From positions 61,104,806 through 61,168,805 of the forward strand of contig JASCQW010000081.1 in the NCBI GenBank assembly GCA_030264375.1: a DNA stretch of 64,000 nucleotides. The letters are read 5' to 3'. The notes under the pieces were generated by a model that searched no databases, was not told where the DNA came from, and saw only the letters and a list, made by a program, of their open reading frames with translations. The translations under genes were made by a program, and so were the position numbers. This stretch comes from Carcharhinus longimanus. Its lineage: Eukaryota. Shown one piece after another: positions 38,440 to 51,932 of the stretch. Each line of letters starts with the position of its first letter. Position 1 is the stretch's first letter.

Positions 38440-39880
38440 AGGTGGAGGGACGTGTTCTCCAATACAGCAGTCCAAAAAGGGAGATGGTCTTTGAGGTCAA
38501 CATATCTCAAAACGGATAAGGAGTGTGCATTATGTAAGATGGCAAACCAACTGTATTTGACTCAAAGCCTATCGCAAGTGAAATCCAATTCTTTGAACAA
38601 AGAGCACAAGTCACTCACCCCGGCATCATCATGTTCCACATGTACCTATTTGGGAAATGATTAATTCTGGAAAGTAACCACGTGCAATTGGAAATGATCT
38701 TGCAGAAGGCACTGATGAGCGCACAACCCACATTACAGTAACTTCTAATAAAATTGCAGCAATATGACTTTGTAGTCCATTCCAAACCGAATGGTAAATG
38801 GTTACTTCAAGTACACTGAGCAGGTTACCAAATTTGGAGGGTGTTTTGCTAGACCTATAAGATTATGCCATAGCCGTCAAAGTAGAAGATGTACTCAGTG
38901 TGCTTCTGATGAATTTTGACCCACACAAATGGAACCAACGTCAGGAGGGAACAATGATTGAAGACATTATGGAGAGTTATTGTTGTAGGTTAGCCTGATA
39001 CAATACAATTATTAGATATCCTGCAATGTTTTTGGCTGTACAGAGATATACTCAGTATTTCAAGAGGTGTGAATTTTAAAGAAAAGCAGGTGCTTGTACC
39101 TGAAGCACTTTGCCAGGACTTATTGTTGCAGTTTCACTAAGGACTGCTTTTATAAATTCATGAGATGTGGCTGTTGCTGACTGGTTCAACATATATTTCT
39201 CATCCCTGATTGTTGTTGGCCATATGGGTGTGGAGTAGATGTGGCGCCTGTATTTAGACTAGGGGTTAACGCTATATCAAAAAGGTAATGATGTGTGAAG
39301 CATGTCAGAGTTACCAACGCACAGTACCTCTGCGCCCTCACCAGATTCCATCCATCACATCCTTGGTGCAAAATTGCAGCAGATTTATTGACTCTCCATG
39401 GCAACGACTTTCTCCCAGTTACTGGTCATTTCTCCAATTTCCCAATCATCAGACAATTGAAGGATATGTCAAGTGCATCCATAGGAGACAAAACAGGTGC
39501 AACATTCAGTTTGTTGGGTATACCTGACTAGGAGCCCCAATATATTGGCAAACGTTTTAAGGACATGTGGTTTCTTTCCCTTTTCGCACACATGACTGCC
39601 TCACCACAATATCCAGATCTTGTTGAGCAAGTGGTTCACACTATTAAGGCACTAATTGTCAAGTGCATAGAAACAAAACAAAATCCCTGTGCTGCCATGT
39701 TATACTTGAGGATGACTGTTTTAGATATGGGCTTACCATCATCAGAGGGAACCATGTTTGGGAAATAGGCTAGGACAATGCTGACAAGCCACCACCTGCC
39801 TAAATTCTCAGGAATGAAGGAGGAACTTCTTGAAAAACATGAGCAGTTGAAGACAACACATGACCAACGTGTGAGTGCGA
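38440..39880 (+). pseudogene. Degenerate Gypsy-type LTR-retrotransposon pol (RNase H and integrase)
   Basis: FHMYLFGK*LILESNHVQLEMILQKAL..LLIKLQQYDF (RNase H); CEACQSYQ zinc finger; PWCKIAADLLTLHGNDFL..GHFSNFP..FSLLGIPD and HMTASPQYP..VEQVVHTIK (integrase core); many stops and frameshifts. Confidence 0.82.
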
Positions 39881-41871
39881 ACTCAGTAGAGGCTCTGCAG
39901 TTCCTCTACTGGTCCTTGAAGACTGATAGGGGGAAAAAATCTTCTTTATACATGGTGATCACTTTGAAAATAAGGGCACCTACAAAAAAATGACACCTGA
40001 ACCCAGTCCCAACATGTCCATAATTTGCAAGTTTCACAGTGTTCACTTTTAGATAATCGGAAACAAAAGGTCAAACAAGCCCTCGAGCCTGCTCTGCCAC
40101 TCAATAAGATCATGGATGATCTGTTACTTGAACTCTTCTCTCCCAGAATTCAAGACACCCACTTTCTGTTGAGATTTATTTGAAACATGCTAAAATTATG
40201 AGCTGTTTTCCCCCATGCAGCGCTTTGTGGTACTGAATTAGCTCACTGGCTGCCATCCAAATTCTTTCAATGGAGCTTAAGTTGTATATATGGCTCACTT
40301 TCTTTGATTGAAATAAGGAGCTCAACAGTTCAGAAATAAGGTAAATGAATTTACAGCATTCATTGTGCTTGTGCAGTATGTTGGCTTATGAAATTCTTTT
40401 CTCCCATATTAAGTCTCAGTTTGGGAACAAGCCAGCACTGATGATATAGACCCCGGCCTTAAAGATTTTGTTTTGTCCTTCGATTGGTTGAACTGCACAA
40501 CAATAAAAGGGGTAAATTTTACTTGACTAAAGTTAAGTCTTTGAACGTGCAATTTTGCATTGCATAGTGGCTATGCAGCTTCAGTTAAGGTATTGTATAA
40601 CGGGGAATGTCAACTCAGATGTCTTTCAATAAACTAGCAAAACAAACCAGATTTTGGACTGCAAAAAGTCAGGTTACCTGAGGCGAGCTACCCAGGTTAC
40701 TAGCAATTCGCCAAATTGCAACAGGTTTTCAAAAAATGAAAGCTTCCATGGCTGTTAGAATTCATCTGTCTGGAATTCATACTTTTATTTTGTCACAATC
40801 AAACTGATCGCCTAACAGGAAGCAAAGTTATTAAAACTTGAAATAAAAATGTGGACTGATTTTTTTTGTGTGTGTAGAAGGGGTGTTCCTAATCAGCATG
40901 CAAATATGTGCTCTTCTCCATCAGTTGCCAAAAGCCAAAAGAAATAATTGCTTCCTTGCTCCTTTTTGAGCAGAGTCAGCCATGTGTGGGCGTGGTTGAC
41001 CANNNNNNNNNNNNNNNNNNNNNNNNNNNNNNNNNNNNNNNNNNNNNNNNNNNNNNGTATTTGTGTGCTGCCTCCGATAATTGCTTGGGTTAGCTGTTTT
41101 GTTGTTTGTTTTCTTAACTATAGAACATTGCTGGTGATAACAGATGGCTAGCCTTGGGCTAAATAAACCACAATGGAAGGGCATGGGAGAAGAGGGAGTG
41201 CATGCATCTTAATTCTCAAGCCTTGTTAAGGTTTTTGGTGAATAAAGGTGAATGGAAGTTTTTTTTTGTACATTGCAGCAAACTGACTGAATACATATTC
41301 TTTTAGCCGTTGAATTCTCACCTTTGTAATTAATGAGCCAGTCCATGGTGCTTCTGTCTCCCAGGCAAGATGTGTGAGATGCTGGGCATGCAGTAACACG
41401 CAACACGCTCTTTGATAAGTGCTCTCTTCTGGATATGAGGGAATTCTCTGGAATCCCATTGTGGCATTGGACGCTTATATTTTTTTAATATAAACAACCA
41501 GGAATTAATACCTGTTTTGAAGTAAGTACTCATTAGTGGCACTGTTTGTTTTCTTAGTTATTTTGCAAATGATTGGCTTTTTACTGATTGTGCAAAAATG
41601 TACAGTTTGTGTTGGAGCAAACAGCATTTTGGAATCATATTTTAGGTGTTATTACCATTGCACTTGGAAAAGAAAGTGGATTTAGAACAGAAAATAAAGA
41701 ATAGTTTGATCACAAGTAGAACATTGATGTATACATTGATCCAGACGGGTAGTTTTAAATGTATGTATTTTAGGTGCACGATGGAGTGGTTAGGAAATAG
41801 GTAACTATTAGGCAATTGTTAAACCCGTACTTATTTTTAGGAGCACTATGCTTAATTAAATTATATGTAAG

Positions 41872-42112
41872 GTTGGGAAAAAGATACAAAAGTCTGAGGT
41901 CACATACCAACCGACGCAAGAACAGTTTATTCCCTGTTGCCATCAGACTTTTGAATTGACCTACCTCATAGTAAGTTGATCTTTCTTTACATCCTGGTTA
42001 TGACTGTAAGACTACGTTCAGCATCCTGTCCTTTCCTTCTGAATGAACAGTATGCTTTGTTTTTATAGCGTGCAAGAAACAATACTTTTCACTGTATAAT
42101 ATATGTGGCAAC
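41872..42112 (+). mobile_element. Rex1/Babar-type LINE 3' end
   Basis: GKRYKSLRSHTNRRKNSLFPVAIRLLN* followed by a short 3' UTR ending ttttcactgtata...tgtggcaac. Confidence 0.75.
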
Positions 42113-44435
42113 GTGCCAACAGCATTCAAGTTGTGCTGTGAAGTAGTAAAACAGGTGCAATCAGCTATATTCCCTCAATATGTTACCAACTTCAACTGTT
42201 TTCTTGGTCAAACAGATGAGGCATTTCTCTTGTTGTACTGAAAATTACTGTGAACAGTTCCCATGTGTCTCCCAGCAAATTGTTGCAATGTAGTAAACAT
42301 GAATGTGCTAAACATGAAGTTTGATTGCCTGCTTGCTCCATTGTAAGGGACATGACATCTTCAAGGGGCCACTAAAACATGAAAGAAAATATTAAACAGC
42401 CTCTCCCTCCCCAAGTGGAGTGCAAAATACTTCTGTATTCTGCTGTTCCTTGGTGTTGTTGTGGCACTGAATGTAACCTGCATTTGAAATGTAGGCAGCT
42501 TATTTATCTAACTGAACAGAGATCGAAGTAAGGATAATGTAAAATGAAAATATTGCCAAAATATTGCAATGTTTGCATTTCATATTTTTTCATCTGCCCC
42601 TAAAAAGGACAACTTACCAGTTGACCTTTGGGGAATTATATCCTTTACATTCAGAATATTTTTATCAGAATGCCAAATAACTCGATACATTTGAGGCTGC
42701 AGGAAATTCTTGGAGCTGATTTACAATTCATGGTTTTGTGATGAAGACTATTTTGTTTCACTGAGATAAGTCAAATCACGAAACTTTGTATGGAAAACAA
42801 AAAAAATCTCAAGTTGCTGCAATTCTACACATTGAAAAGTTTTTTGAAATTATTCATGAGTGTTCTCGATCTCTACACCCCCTTGTGAGGGTAGTGATGA
42901 GATGCCATCTTGAACAGCTGCAGTATGCATGTTGGAGGCCCTCCTACAGTCCTGTTAAGTAGCGAGTTCCAGGATTTTGACCCAGTGATGATTAGGAACA
43001 ACAATTTCCCCCAGGATTAGGATGATTTGGGATTTTGAAGTATTCTCTGCTGTTGTTCTTGACTTTTGAGATGGCAGAGGTTGGTGCTTTGGAGGTGCTG
43101 TTGCAGAATCATCATTGAATCCCTACAGTGCTGCAGAGGCCATTAGGCCCATCAAGTCTGCATCGACTTTCTGACTGAGTATTTCACTCAGCCTTGATGA
43201 GTTGCTACAGTGCATCTTGTAGACTTGTAATATTCCCCAAGACTGGATCTTGATCCAATTTAGCAGGATAGATTGCATTTTATTCCAAAAATAGTGGAAT
43301 ACCTTTTAGCAGGAGGGAGTTAGTTAATTCAAATGTATTTGTTGCATAGAACTCTTGACTCAATCGACTTTTGGTATTAGTCTGTTGTTAAATTGGCGGT
43401 CTGCAGATTTCAAACTACGAGACACTCTAAAGTGATTTGCCTATATGGGGACAGCAAGAAGTGAAGTTTATTTACATATTTCATGCATATATTAGACAAG
43501 TTTCATAGGTGGACATAGTTTTAAATGAAAACTGAACAACTTTAAGACTTTGAAGTCCATAATTAATAGAACGTTTTGAAGCTGGAAATTGGAAAATTGT
43601 CTAATTGCCTTTGCTATGCCTTTTTACCAGAAGGGGTATGGTCTTTAGTTTGAAAACTGTGATGGTATAAGTATAGTATTTTGGAAACCTTGTGAATGGG
43701 ACAGGACACCTCTTCAGCTGCACCATTCGAAATAGTTTCCGTGCATTACTTCCCCCTATTGATTCTGCCATTTAAAAATGCAGTCATTAAAAATATTGCT
43801 TCTGGGGAAAAAATGGATTGTTAGCACTTGCAGGAGAAACATGCAGTACTGCTGAGAACAAAATGTACAATCAAGTACATGAAAGCTTGTCTTTTCTGGG
43901 AAGATCAAAGAGTGCTCATTACTGGTAATTACCTTTGTATTTAAATGAGTAGTTCAAAAATAAAGTATGGACTGATTATTAATGTGCTTGATTTTTTTGT
44001 ACTGTTCAAATGCGGTTTGACAACAAAGACTTTTTATGTGGGCTAAAACCTACTGCTACAAAAAGGTTCCTATGTAACAAGTGAAAAATAATTATCAGAA
44101 ACCTGTCATCTGGTTCCAAAATTAACATTTTAAACTGGTTAGAAAGGTTTCTCGTTTTGTGTCGGGAGAANNNNNNNNNNNNNNNNNNNNNNNNNNNNNN
44201 NNNNNNNNNNNNNNNNNNNNNNNNNNNNNNNNNNNNNNNNNNNNNNNNNNNNNNNNNNNNNNNNNNNNNNGGGAGAATTGCAGAGGGATAGTCATTTCTG
44301 GAGAAGTACAGCAACCTACATACCCCAGAAAGATTAATGAGTCTTCTACATTTACAAATCATGTTGCACCTAATTTTCCTCCTGACTTGTCTTCCCCCTT
44401 CTTCCCATTGTAGATCGGCTGGGGCAATTGACGTC

Positions 44436-44462
44436 CCCTCTCTCTCTTTCTCTCTCTCTCTT
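44436..44462. repeat. (CT)n microsatellite
   Basis: ctctctctctttctctctctctc. Confidence 0.8.
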
Positions 44463-46090
44463 CCCACCCCCTCTTCTATTTTGATCCATATTGTTACTTT
44501 TCACTTGAGCTAGACAGCAAATGTTTGCTATTTGATCATAGGGATTGGGTCCTGAGTCACCTGGTGTTACCGTTTGCCCAACCAGCAAGATTCAGTTAGC
44601 ATAAACATAGACAACATCTTGCTCTGGCACAGTGCATTGCCTAATAACAGGGCACATGATCTCTTTTGTGATCTCCTCTGGTGGCGGGCATGGGTTGGCT
44701 GTTCATTAGAGGTTACGCATTTGCTGCAGCTAGTAAGTTATGAAGATTTCAAGAACATAGCCTTGACCTTCTTTCTTCACCCACTTGAGACCAGTGAAAC
44801 TCTAACCCATTTCACAGCTGTACAGATGAAGGCTTGGGGCAAATTGCTTGCTCTGTTGGCCATGGCTGATGCACGTGGAGAGATCTAAAGTGGTAGGTCG
44901 AAAAGAAGGGAGTCTCTGTTTATCATATGGGTGTGTTTTTAAAAGAGATTTTGCATTGAATATGTTTGCCATTTTTTGGGAATTCATCATAAGAATGGAT
45001 AAATACATTGTTGAATACAACATTGTGCAGCATTTCTCCATATCAGACTGGTACAGGTCTGATTTTTTAAAAAACGCAAAGTGCTGTGAAGTGTTGTATT
45101 TGACAGTTAGCATCAGTTTTATTTTTGCTGCTAAGAAGATGGGAAGCAGACGTATTGAAGTTGATCTTGATGACTTGGATACAGTGTGCTTGTGATGGAG
45201 CTGAATGCATAATGTGATTTTGGATAAGGAATTTCAAGTTTAAAAGTCAATGGCTCGAAGTGATAATTTTTTAGGGAGAAAGAGCAAAGCGTTGAATGAT
45301 ACGAAAATTGAATGCAGCCGCAAACATTACACATGAAAATGTGTCTGGGAGAGCTGAGCCTTCTCCAGTTTAAGACATCATTTTATCAACTGCTGCTGTT
45401 TTATTTACACCATAACATTATGCAGTTTGTCTATCCTGTAACTTTCCCTCTGCACCACCTCCCTTTTTACAAGACAGTTCCCTGATGCTGTCATATATAA
45501 GAGCGAAAAGAAAGCAACAACGACGACAAGGTAGAAAGAAAGCATTTTTTTACTTTCCTGGGCAGATGGAATCATCTTTCCCTTGACAGGTCCTTACATT
45601 CAGCTCTTTATGTTGCTTTTTCTTTTGTCTCCCAAATTGTGGAACACCAAAGTGGGTGAGATAGAATTCCTAACTTCTAATCATCATATTCAGGATTGAA
45701 GATGACTGAATGCATGGGTTACTCAATTTCATGGAATTCCCACTTTAAAACTGAAATGGGCATCAATGTAATCTATTGCAATAAAAGGCAGGGAAATATT
45801 GAGCTGAAACTGTCAAGAGTTCATGTAGTTCATCATGACTATTTCATCAGAGACAGGGTAAATAATTTTTGTGACTCATTCTTTGAGATGACATCAATTT
45901 AAGTTTGAATTTGATTTGTTTGTTATGATTTACTCAAGCTGGAAAAACACATGGCGGGCTCCATCTTAGTCACTTGCTGAAGGTCAGCCTCGCTAGTACA
46001 CTCACTCACACTTGCATTGTCCAAATGATACCACACCCACAATGTCTGCCATTTCCTAATTGAGCGAATCTAGTCAGACTTTTAATTAGA

Positions 46091-46290
46091 AAGAAGTCTC
46101 ACAACACCAGGTTAAAGTTCAACAGGTTTATTTGGAATCACGAGCTTTCGCCATGCTCTCCTTCACTCGCCTAATGAAGGAGCAACACTCTTGAAAGCTC
46201 ATGACTCCAAATAAACCTGTTGTACTTTAACCTGGTGTTGTGAGACTCCTTACTGTGCTCACCCCAGTCTAACGCCGGCATCTCCACATC
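46091..46290. mobile_element. Penelope-like element with inverted pseudo-LTR arms
   Basis: Self-complementary arms (aagtctcacaacaccaggttaaag / ctttaacctggtgttgtgagact); perfect 13-bp TSD acttttaattaga (46078-46090, 46291-46303). Confidence 0.78.
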
Positions 46291-47216
46291 ACTTTTAATT
46301 AGACTAACTGTAATCTTATACTTGCGCTTTAGCTAAATAATATTTGTGTTTTACATGATAGTGTTCTTGTCCTTCTATTTAATGTTGGCTGTGTCAAAGG
46401 AAAATTTCTGTTATCAAAAACTAAGTTTTGGATCCATCCGCATCAGACATCCTACCTTAAAGTGTTGTAAGCATATTATATTTAAAAAATTATTTCACAT
46501 TGGAACCTTACTGACCTAGGGTGAAAACTTTAATAGGACCTAGCCACCTGAAAATGTTCACCTAGAGTATTTAACCTGAGGATATTTCTTGGTGGCTTTC
46601 GTGACCAAATGTAATATTGTTGCAGCTCAGCTGCAGAATTATACATCAAGCATGCATGCACAGTATAATACACCTATCATTATAAAATTGTGCATCATCA
46701 AAATGCTATGAACAATACGCCAGAAGATCTGGCAGTAAATGTAATATTCAACCAACTGAAAATCAATGTTTGGTTTATTGGGTGGGCTGCATTGGCATAA
46801 TAGTAATATCCTGTTTTCCGGCAATTAGTAAAAATGTGACTAATTACGCTTGTAATGTGTTCCAATTTTTAAAAGTATGTATAACAATGTTGCATCACTA
46901 ATATTTATGCCTTCTGATGCACATAAATTTTCAAGCTTTTAATGTGTGTAATGTTTCTTCCTCTTCACTATTGTGGATAGCTGCAGTATCAATATCGTCA
47001 CAGCATAGGATTAGTATTATTTGAATTAGGATAATTGAGTGCCCGTATTTTATAGTTATAAGTGACACATCGACGTTGTAATGTGGCATCAGCTGTCCAG
47101 ACTCCCACAAGAAGAGGCTACTTTGGTAGGCTGCTGACATCCATGGAACCAAAAGGAATATAGATGTAAAGAGTGAAACATTGGTAACGAAAATTGCTTT
47201 TGTCTACCTGCCTTAG

Positions 47217-47290
47217 GTTCGCCCTCAACGATCATCACATGCTGGTACTGTTTCTTCACTGGATGCTGAAGAGATGGACAGAGCAAGAAA
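47217..47290 (+). CDS. DENND1B: DENND1B exon G
   Basis: tgtctacctgccttag|GTT...AGAAA|gtaagg; 74 nt, phase 0-2, exactly bridging exon F (phase 0) and exon H (phase 2); VRPQRSSHAGTVSSLDAEEMDRAR(K). Confidence 0.85.
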
Positions 47291-47441
47291 GTAAGGCACC
47301 AATTCCATTGTTTCTTTTAGGTTGTCTATGTTAATGGTGAATTATATTTGTTGCTCATTGGATATATAATGTTACTGCACATGCATATAGGATTTCCACC
47401 TAAACTATTTCATAATTTAGGGCACCATTTTCTTTTCAAAA

Positions 47442-47618
47442 ACAGAATCATGGAATCCCAGCGGTGCAAAAGGAGACCACTCAGCTCACCGAGTCTGCAC
47501 CGACACCAGTCCCACCCCAGGCCCTATCCCCGTAACCACACGTTTACCCTGCTATTCCCCCTGACACTAACGTGCAATTTATTTTGGCCAATCTACCTGA
47601 CCTACACATCTTTGGACT
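47442..47618 (-). mobile_element. HE1-like SINE 3' half
   Basis: gaatcatggaatcccagcggtgcaaaaggag...cacatctttggact. Confidence 0.72.
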
Positions 47619-49229
47619 CGTTGTACCAAACAGTATATTGATACCAGAAATGATGTAGGTAGATGTTTGCAGACATTGCAGTCAGAATATTAAGATACTT
47701 AAACTGTAGATTGTGTATAGTTGTACAGCTGCAGTTTCGTGTTGTATTTTCAACTGCACATTTTAATTCATCTTGCAGACCTATTTATGACAGATAAAGT
47801 AGACTGGACACGTTTGTTAGAAATATTCATTCAATTTGGGAGAGATCTTAATTGTTGCAATAACAGGTTATATCTCTGCACTTCAATATATTTTTGTTTT
47901 TGGATGAGAGGATCATATTGGATAATGGATGCGCAGTATCAGAAATATATGCATCAATACTGACCTCTACTGGTTTCAAGATATCGAACTGTATCTGCAC
48001 TTGGGAAAGGTGTATGCTTTTTTTAAATGTTGATCTGAATTGGCATATTGTGTGTGTATATGTTCATCTTTGATAGCTGGATGACAACATAATGCAGATA
48101 AATTCACTCACAATCCTACAAATGAAGATTTAAAATCACCGCATATTTCAACATTAGTGTTTGTTATTTTCAGATAACCATTTTATGTACTAATCATAGA
48201 GCTTATAAAAATGTGGAATGGGATTCTCTGCGCTCACTCCAAAACCGGAGAAGCCCGCCTGGGGTCAGTGGATCTATGCATGGTCCGCCCCATCTGCCTG
48301 CTATGATGCGTTTGAGGGTGATATGGGAGAATGCCCCCCATGGCATACAATAGCATGTATATTTAACATTCCATTAGCCAAGGACAAAATGATGTCTAGC
48401 AGTCTGGCACTCTGACTGGAGTTTAATTGTTCTATTGTTTAGACAAATTGCATGATAACCTTAACCACTGCTCAAAAGCAGTGGATAAATTCCACCTCCT
48501 GTCGCTCGTGTTTTGCATGTTCATTTGAAATAAAGCACCAAGTGATAACTACTGATGAGCAGGCTGAACGAGGACAGGAAATCTAGAATCACTGTTGGAG
48601 CAGCAAAGTGGGGAAAGCATCTTATTTCTGTTTGTAAGCAATTCTATACAACAAGTGGGGAAAATAATTATTAAAGTTAGTCTGAACATGCTACCCATGA
48701 CATTAAGATCAATGAGCTGAATTATACTCGGTGCGCTGGTCTCATCCCTGGTTTGAGGTGGTCCTACTTCAGGTGGTTGCCAGCCAAGCACTGTCTGGCA
48801 GCTTTTGATGTACTACTGGGAAAGGTGGCCACTGATGATATTGCACTTGGCTAGTGAGGAAGCGAGGTACAATGAGTCACATCTTTGGAACTGTTTGGGG
48901 ATTGGCAAGGCTGATTGGGATTTGATGGGCCATGATGGGGGAGGGAAAGCTGGGGCTAGNNNNNNNNNNNNNNNNNNNNNNNNNNNNNNNNNNNNNNGCT
49001 TTGGGGTGGGGGTGGGGGAGGGGGAGGGGGGTCCTCCAGTAATTAATTAATGACCTCATAGTGAAAGCACCTTTTGGTCACAGTAATCATAATGTGGCTG
49101 AATTTTATATTTCATTTGAGGGAGAAAAGAGTGGGTTTAAGGCTGGTATTTTAAAATTAATTAATGGCAATTATGAGAGCGTAAAGCCAGGGTCAGCAAA
49201 AGTGAACTGACAGTTTAGGTTAAAGGGTA

Positions 49230-50300
49230 GAGACGCAGTGGCAGACATTTAAGGTGATATTAGAAAAGATAAATTTCAGAATACATAATTTGGATACATT
49301 CCAAAGAGAAAGAAAGAATGCAAGGGAAACCCACCATCTATGGTTGACTAAAAAGATTGAAGATAGTAACAGCCTAAAAGCATATAATTGTCCAAAGGTG
49401 TGCAGGTTAGGTGGATTGGCCATTCTAAATTGCCCTTTAGTGTCCAATGATGTGTTGGTCAGGTGGATTAGCTATGTTAAGTGCACAGGATAGGGTGGAG
49501 GAGTGGGCCTGCGTGGGATGCTCTTTCGGAGGGTTGATGCAGACTCAATGGGCCCAATGGCCTCTTTGAGCACTGTAGGGATTGTGTGAATTGTGCAAAG
49601 ATGGGGTTACAAATAAAAATTGGACAATATAAAAAAAGCAAAGAATGACAAGATTAATTCAGGGGAATAAATTCCGGTATGAAAGAAAGATTGGCTAGAA
49701 ATAAAGACAGATAATAAGAGTTTCTATAGATATTTAAAAGAGTTAACGAAGTGAGTATTCATATAAAAGGTGAATTTGGGGAGCCATAATGGAAAATAAA
49801 GAGATGACCAACGAATAGACATTTTGCATCAGTCATCATTATGAAGGATACAAATGAAATCCTAGATATTGGCTGGAAATCAGAGAGAGGCAGGATCTGA
49901 AGAAAATTACTATCACTAGGGAGGCGGTACTAAGCAAATTGTTGGAACTGTGAGTTGACAGATCCCTGGATCATGATGGATTTCAGCCGAGGGTCTTAAA
50001 AGAAGTGATCACAGAGGTAGTTGATGCAAAGCTTTTTTATTTTTCAAATTTCATTAGATTCAGAGAAGGTTCCATTAGATTGGAAAATAACTAACATAAT
50101 TCCTTTACTCAAAAACAGTGACAGATTGAAACTATAGGCCATTTAGCTTAACATCATAGGGAAAATGCCAGACACTCTTTTTAAAGATGTTATAATAAGT
50201 ACTTGTACAAATTGAGGTAATTAGGCAGAGGTAACATGGATGAATGTTGGGGTAGGCTTGAGTGGCCAAGTGGCTTATTCCTGCTCCTAATTCTTTCATT
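49230..50300 (+). mobile_element. Degenerate CR1/HER1 LINE ORF2 fragment with a nested partial HE1-like SINE (about 49390-49590)
   Basis: RT-proximal motifs (VPLDWKITNIIPL.K, NYRPFSLTS) with frameshifts; SINE core tccaaaggtgtgcaggttaggtggattggcc. Confidence 0.72.
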
Positions 50301-51932
50301 CGTATGTAAGAGTCACCTCCAATTGAGGTGTCTTCTCTCCAACTTTTAAAAATTGCAAATTTGAAAATGTCCTTAGCAGCCAGGCCACCATTGTGGGTGG
50401 GAAACCATTCCACAGGGAAGCAAGCAGCCAAAACTGTGACCTGTTCTGTGATCTCTGTAGAGACCAATAACTTTTAAAAATAAACTAAAATTTCCAGTTA
50501 ATAGCTGAAAGGATGACACAACAAGATCCCTTAATTTTAAGATTTTTGCTGTAACAAAGGATTAAGCACACTATTGGCTAAACAATATCTTATAGATAAC
50601 CTATACTTTAAGCCACAAATCAGAACATTCCTCTTTTTTTAGCACAACTAGAAACTGACTTCACAGATGTACTTTATATCACCCTTTAAATAGAAATTCA
50701 ATTCCCCTGAATCATGTTTAAGATGATTCCTGGCTCTTGGTGTGTATGTCTGTTCTTTTTCTTGCTCAGCTGAGGACTTTTAATCTCATAACAGTTTTTA
50801 CAGTGGGCTTTTTTGTTCTGATTTCTTTTTCCAGCAAAAGCTAGGCAAATCTTCCAACCTCATTTAAACTCATCACAAGTTCAGTTTTCTCATTGCAAGC
50901 ATGAGTTCCCATCTGCAATCTTGGATGGTGAACCACAGCACTTGCTGCCTATCACAGATATTTACAAACATGAGTTTTCATCAATATCTTGGACTCTTCC
51001 CCCTCAAAGCCCATCTCTATGGCAATGTGAATAACAAGGGCCTTGTATTGAGGTGGAAATTCTGTTTCAATATCCTTGAGATTATAACTTGCTTTTATTT
51101 TATAAATAGATGGATTGTTTAAAACATGGCTGTTAACAACTTGACATTCTCAACACTTTCTGGGATTCTATGCACTCACACGTTATCCACTATTTGCAGA
51201 AGTTGTTGCCATTGCCTGCGAGTGTGAACATCTTGCACCTTCTGCCCAATGAAACATTTATGGCCCCCTTTAATCTCCAATAGCCCAACATTCAGGCTTG
51301 TTGTCAGAAGGCTGTCTTCAGGCAGTTAGCCTGGTCCCCCACTGGTGTTGGTGATTTTGGGGTGGGATCTGCAGTCAGCTTCGAACTTTAGACCTTACCA
51401 TGATTTACCGTGAATTGAATACTCCTGCTTGTGGACTCTTAGCCCTTTAGGCTGCCGATTCTGCCTCTTGGAAAACCACCCTGGGGCTGGATGGTGTTGG
51501 CACATGAAGCAGACTAAGCATATGCATTTGCCTGTTACTTTTTCTGGAACAGTTTGCTAGCAGCTGTAGCTTGAGGGACAGCACTCTGCATCAAGCATGG
51601 ATAACTAGAAGACTTTCCTGCTGTTCCTACATGCTGTGGCATATTGGAAGGATTTACATGTTGATAATCATCCTGTTTGACCACATTCTGATCGCACCTT
51701 CTATGGCCGTCAAGCCCCAGAGAGGGACTCAAATAGGAAGTTTCTGGGTCACAGGCAGTGCCTACTGTGCCACAAGACCTCCCCATATTTCTCTTAGCAG
51801 TGACCCCATTCCATTTCTAACATGCATTTTAAAATAGGTAAATGTATTTTAATGCCTTACAAGTGCTTGAATTTCACGTATGCAGTTCCCACATTATATC
51901 TTGAATAAAACTGCCCTGTCTTATCTCCGAGG

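Noticed and set aside
39288-39993. Integrase-like ORFs as a domesticated gene
   Set aside because: Multiple stops and frameshifts and a damaged catalytic region; decayed Gypsy element
48720-48800. Faint resemblance to LF-SINE
   Set aside because: Only a short word match; cannot be supported
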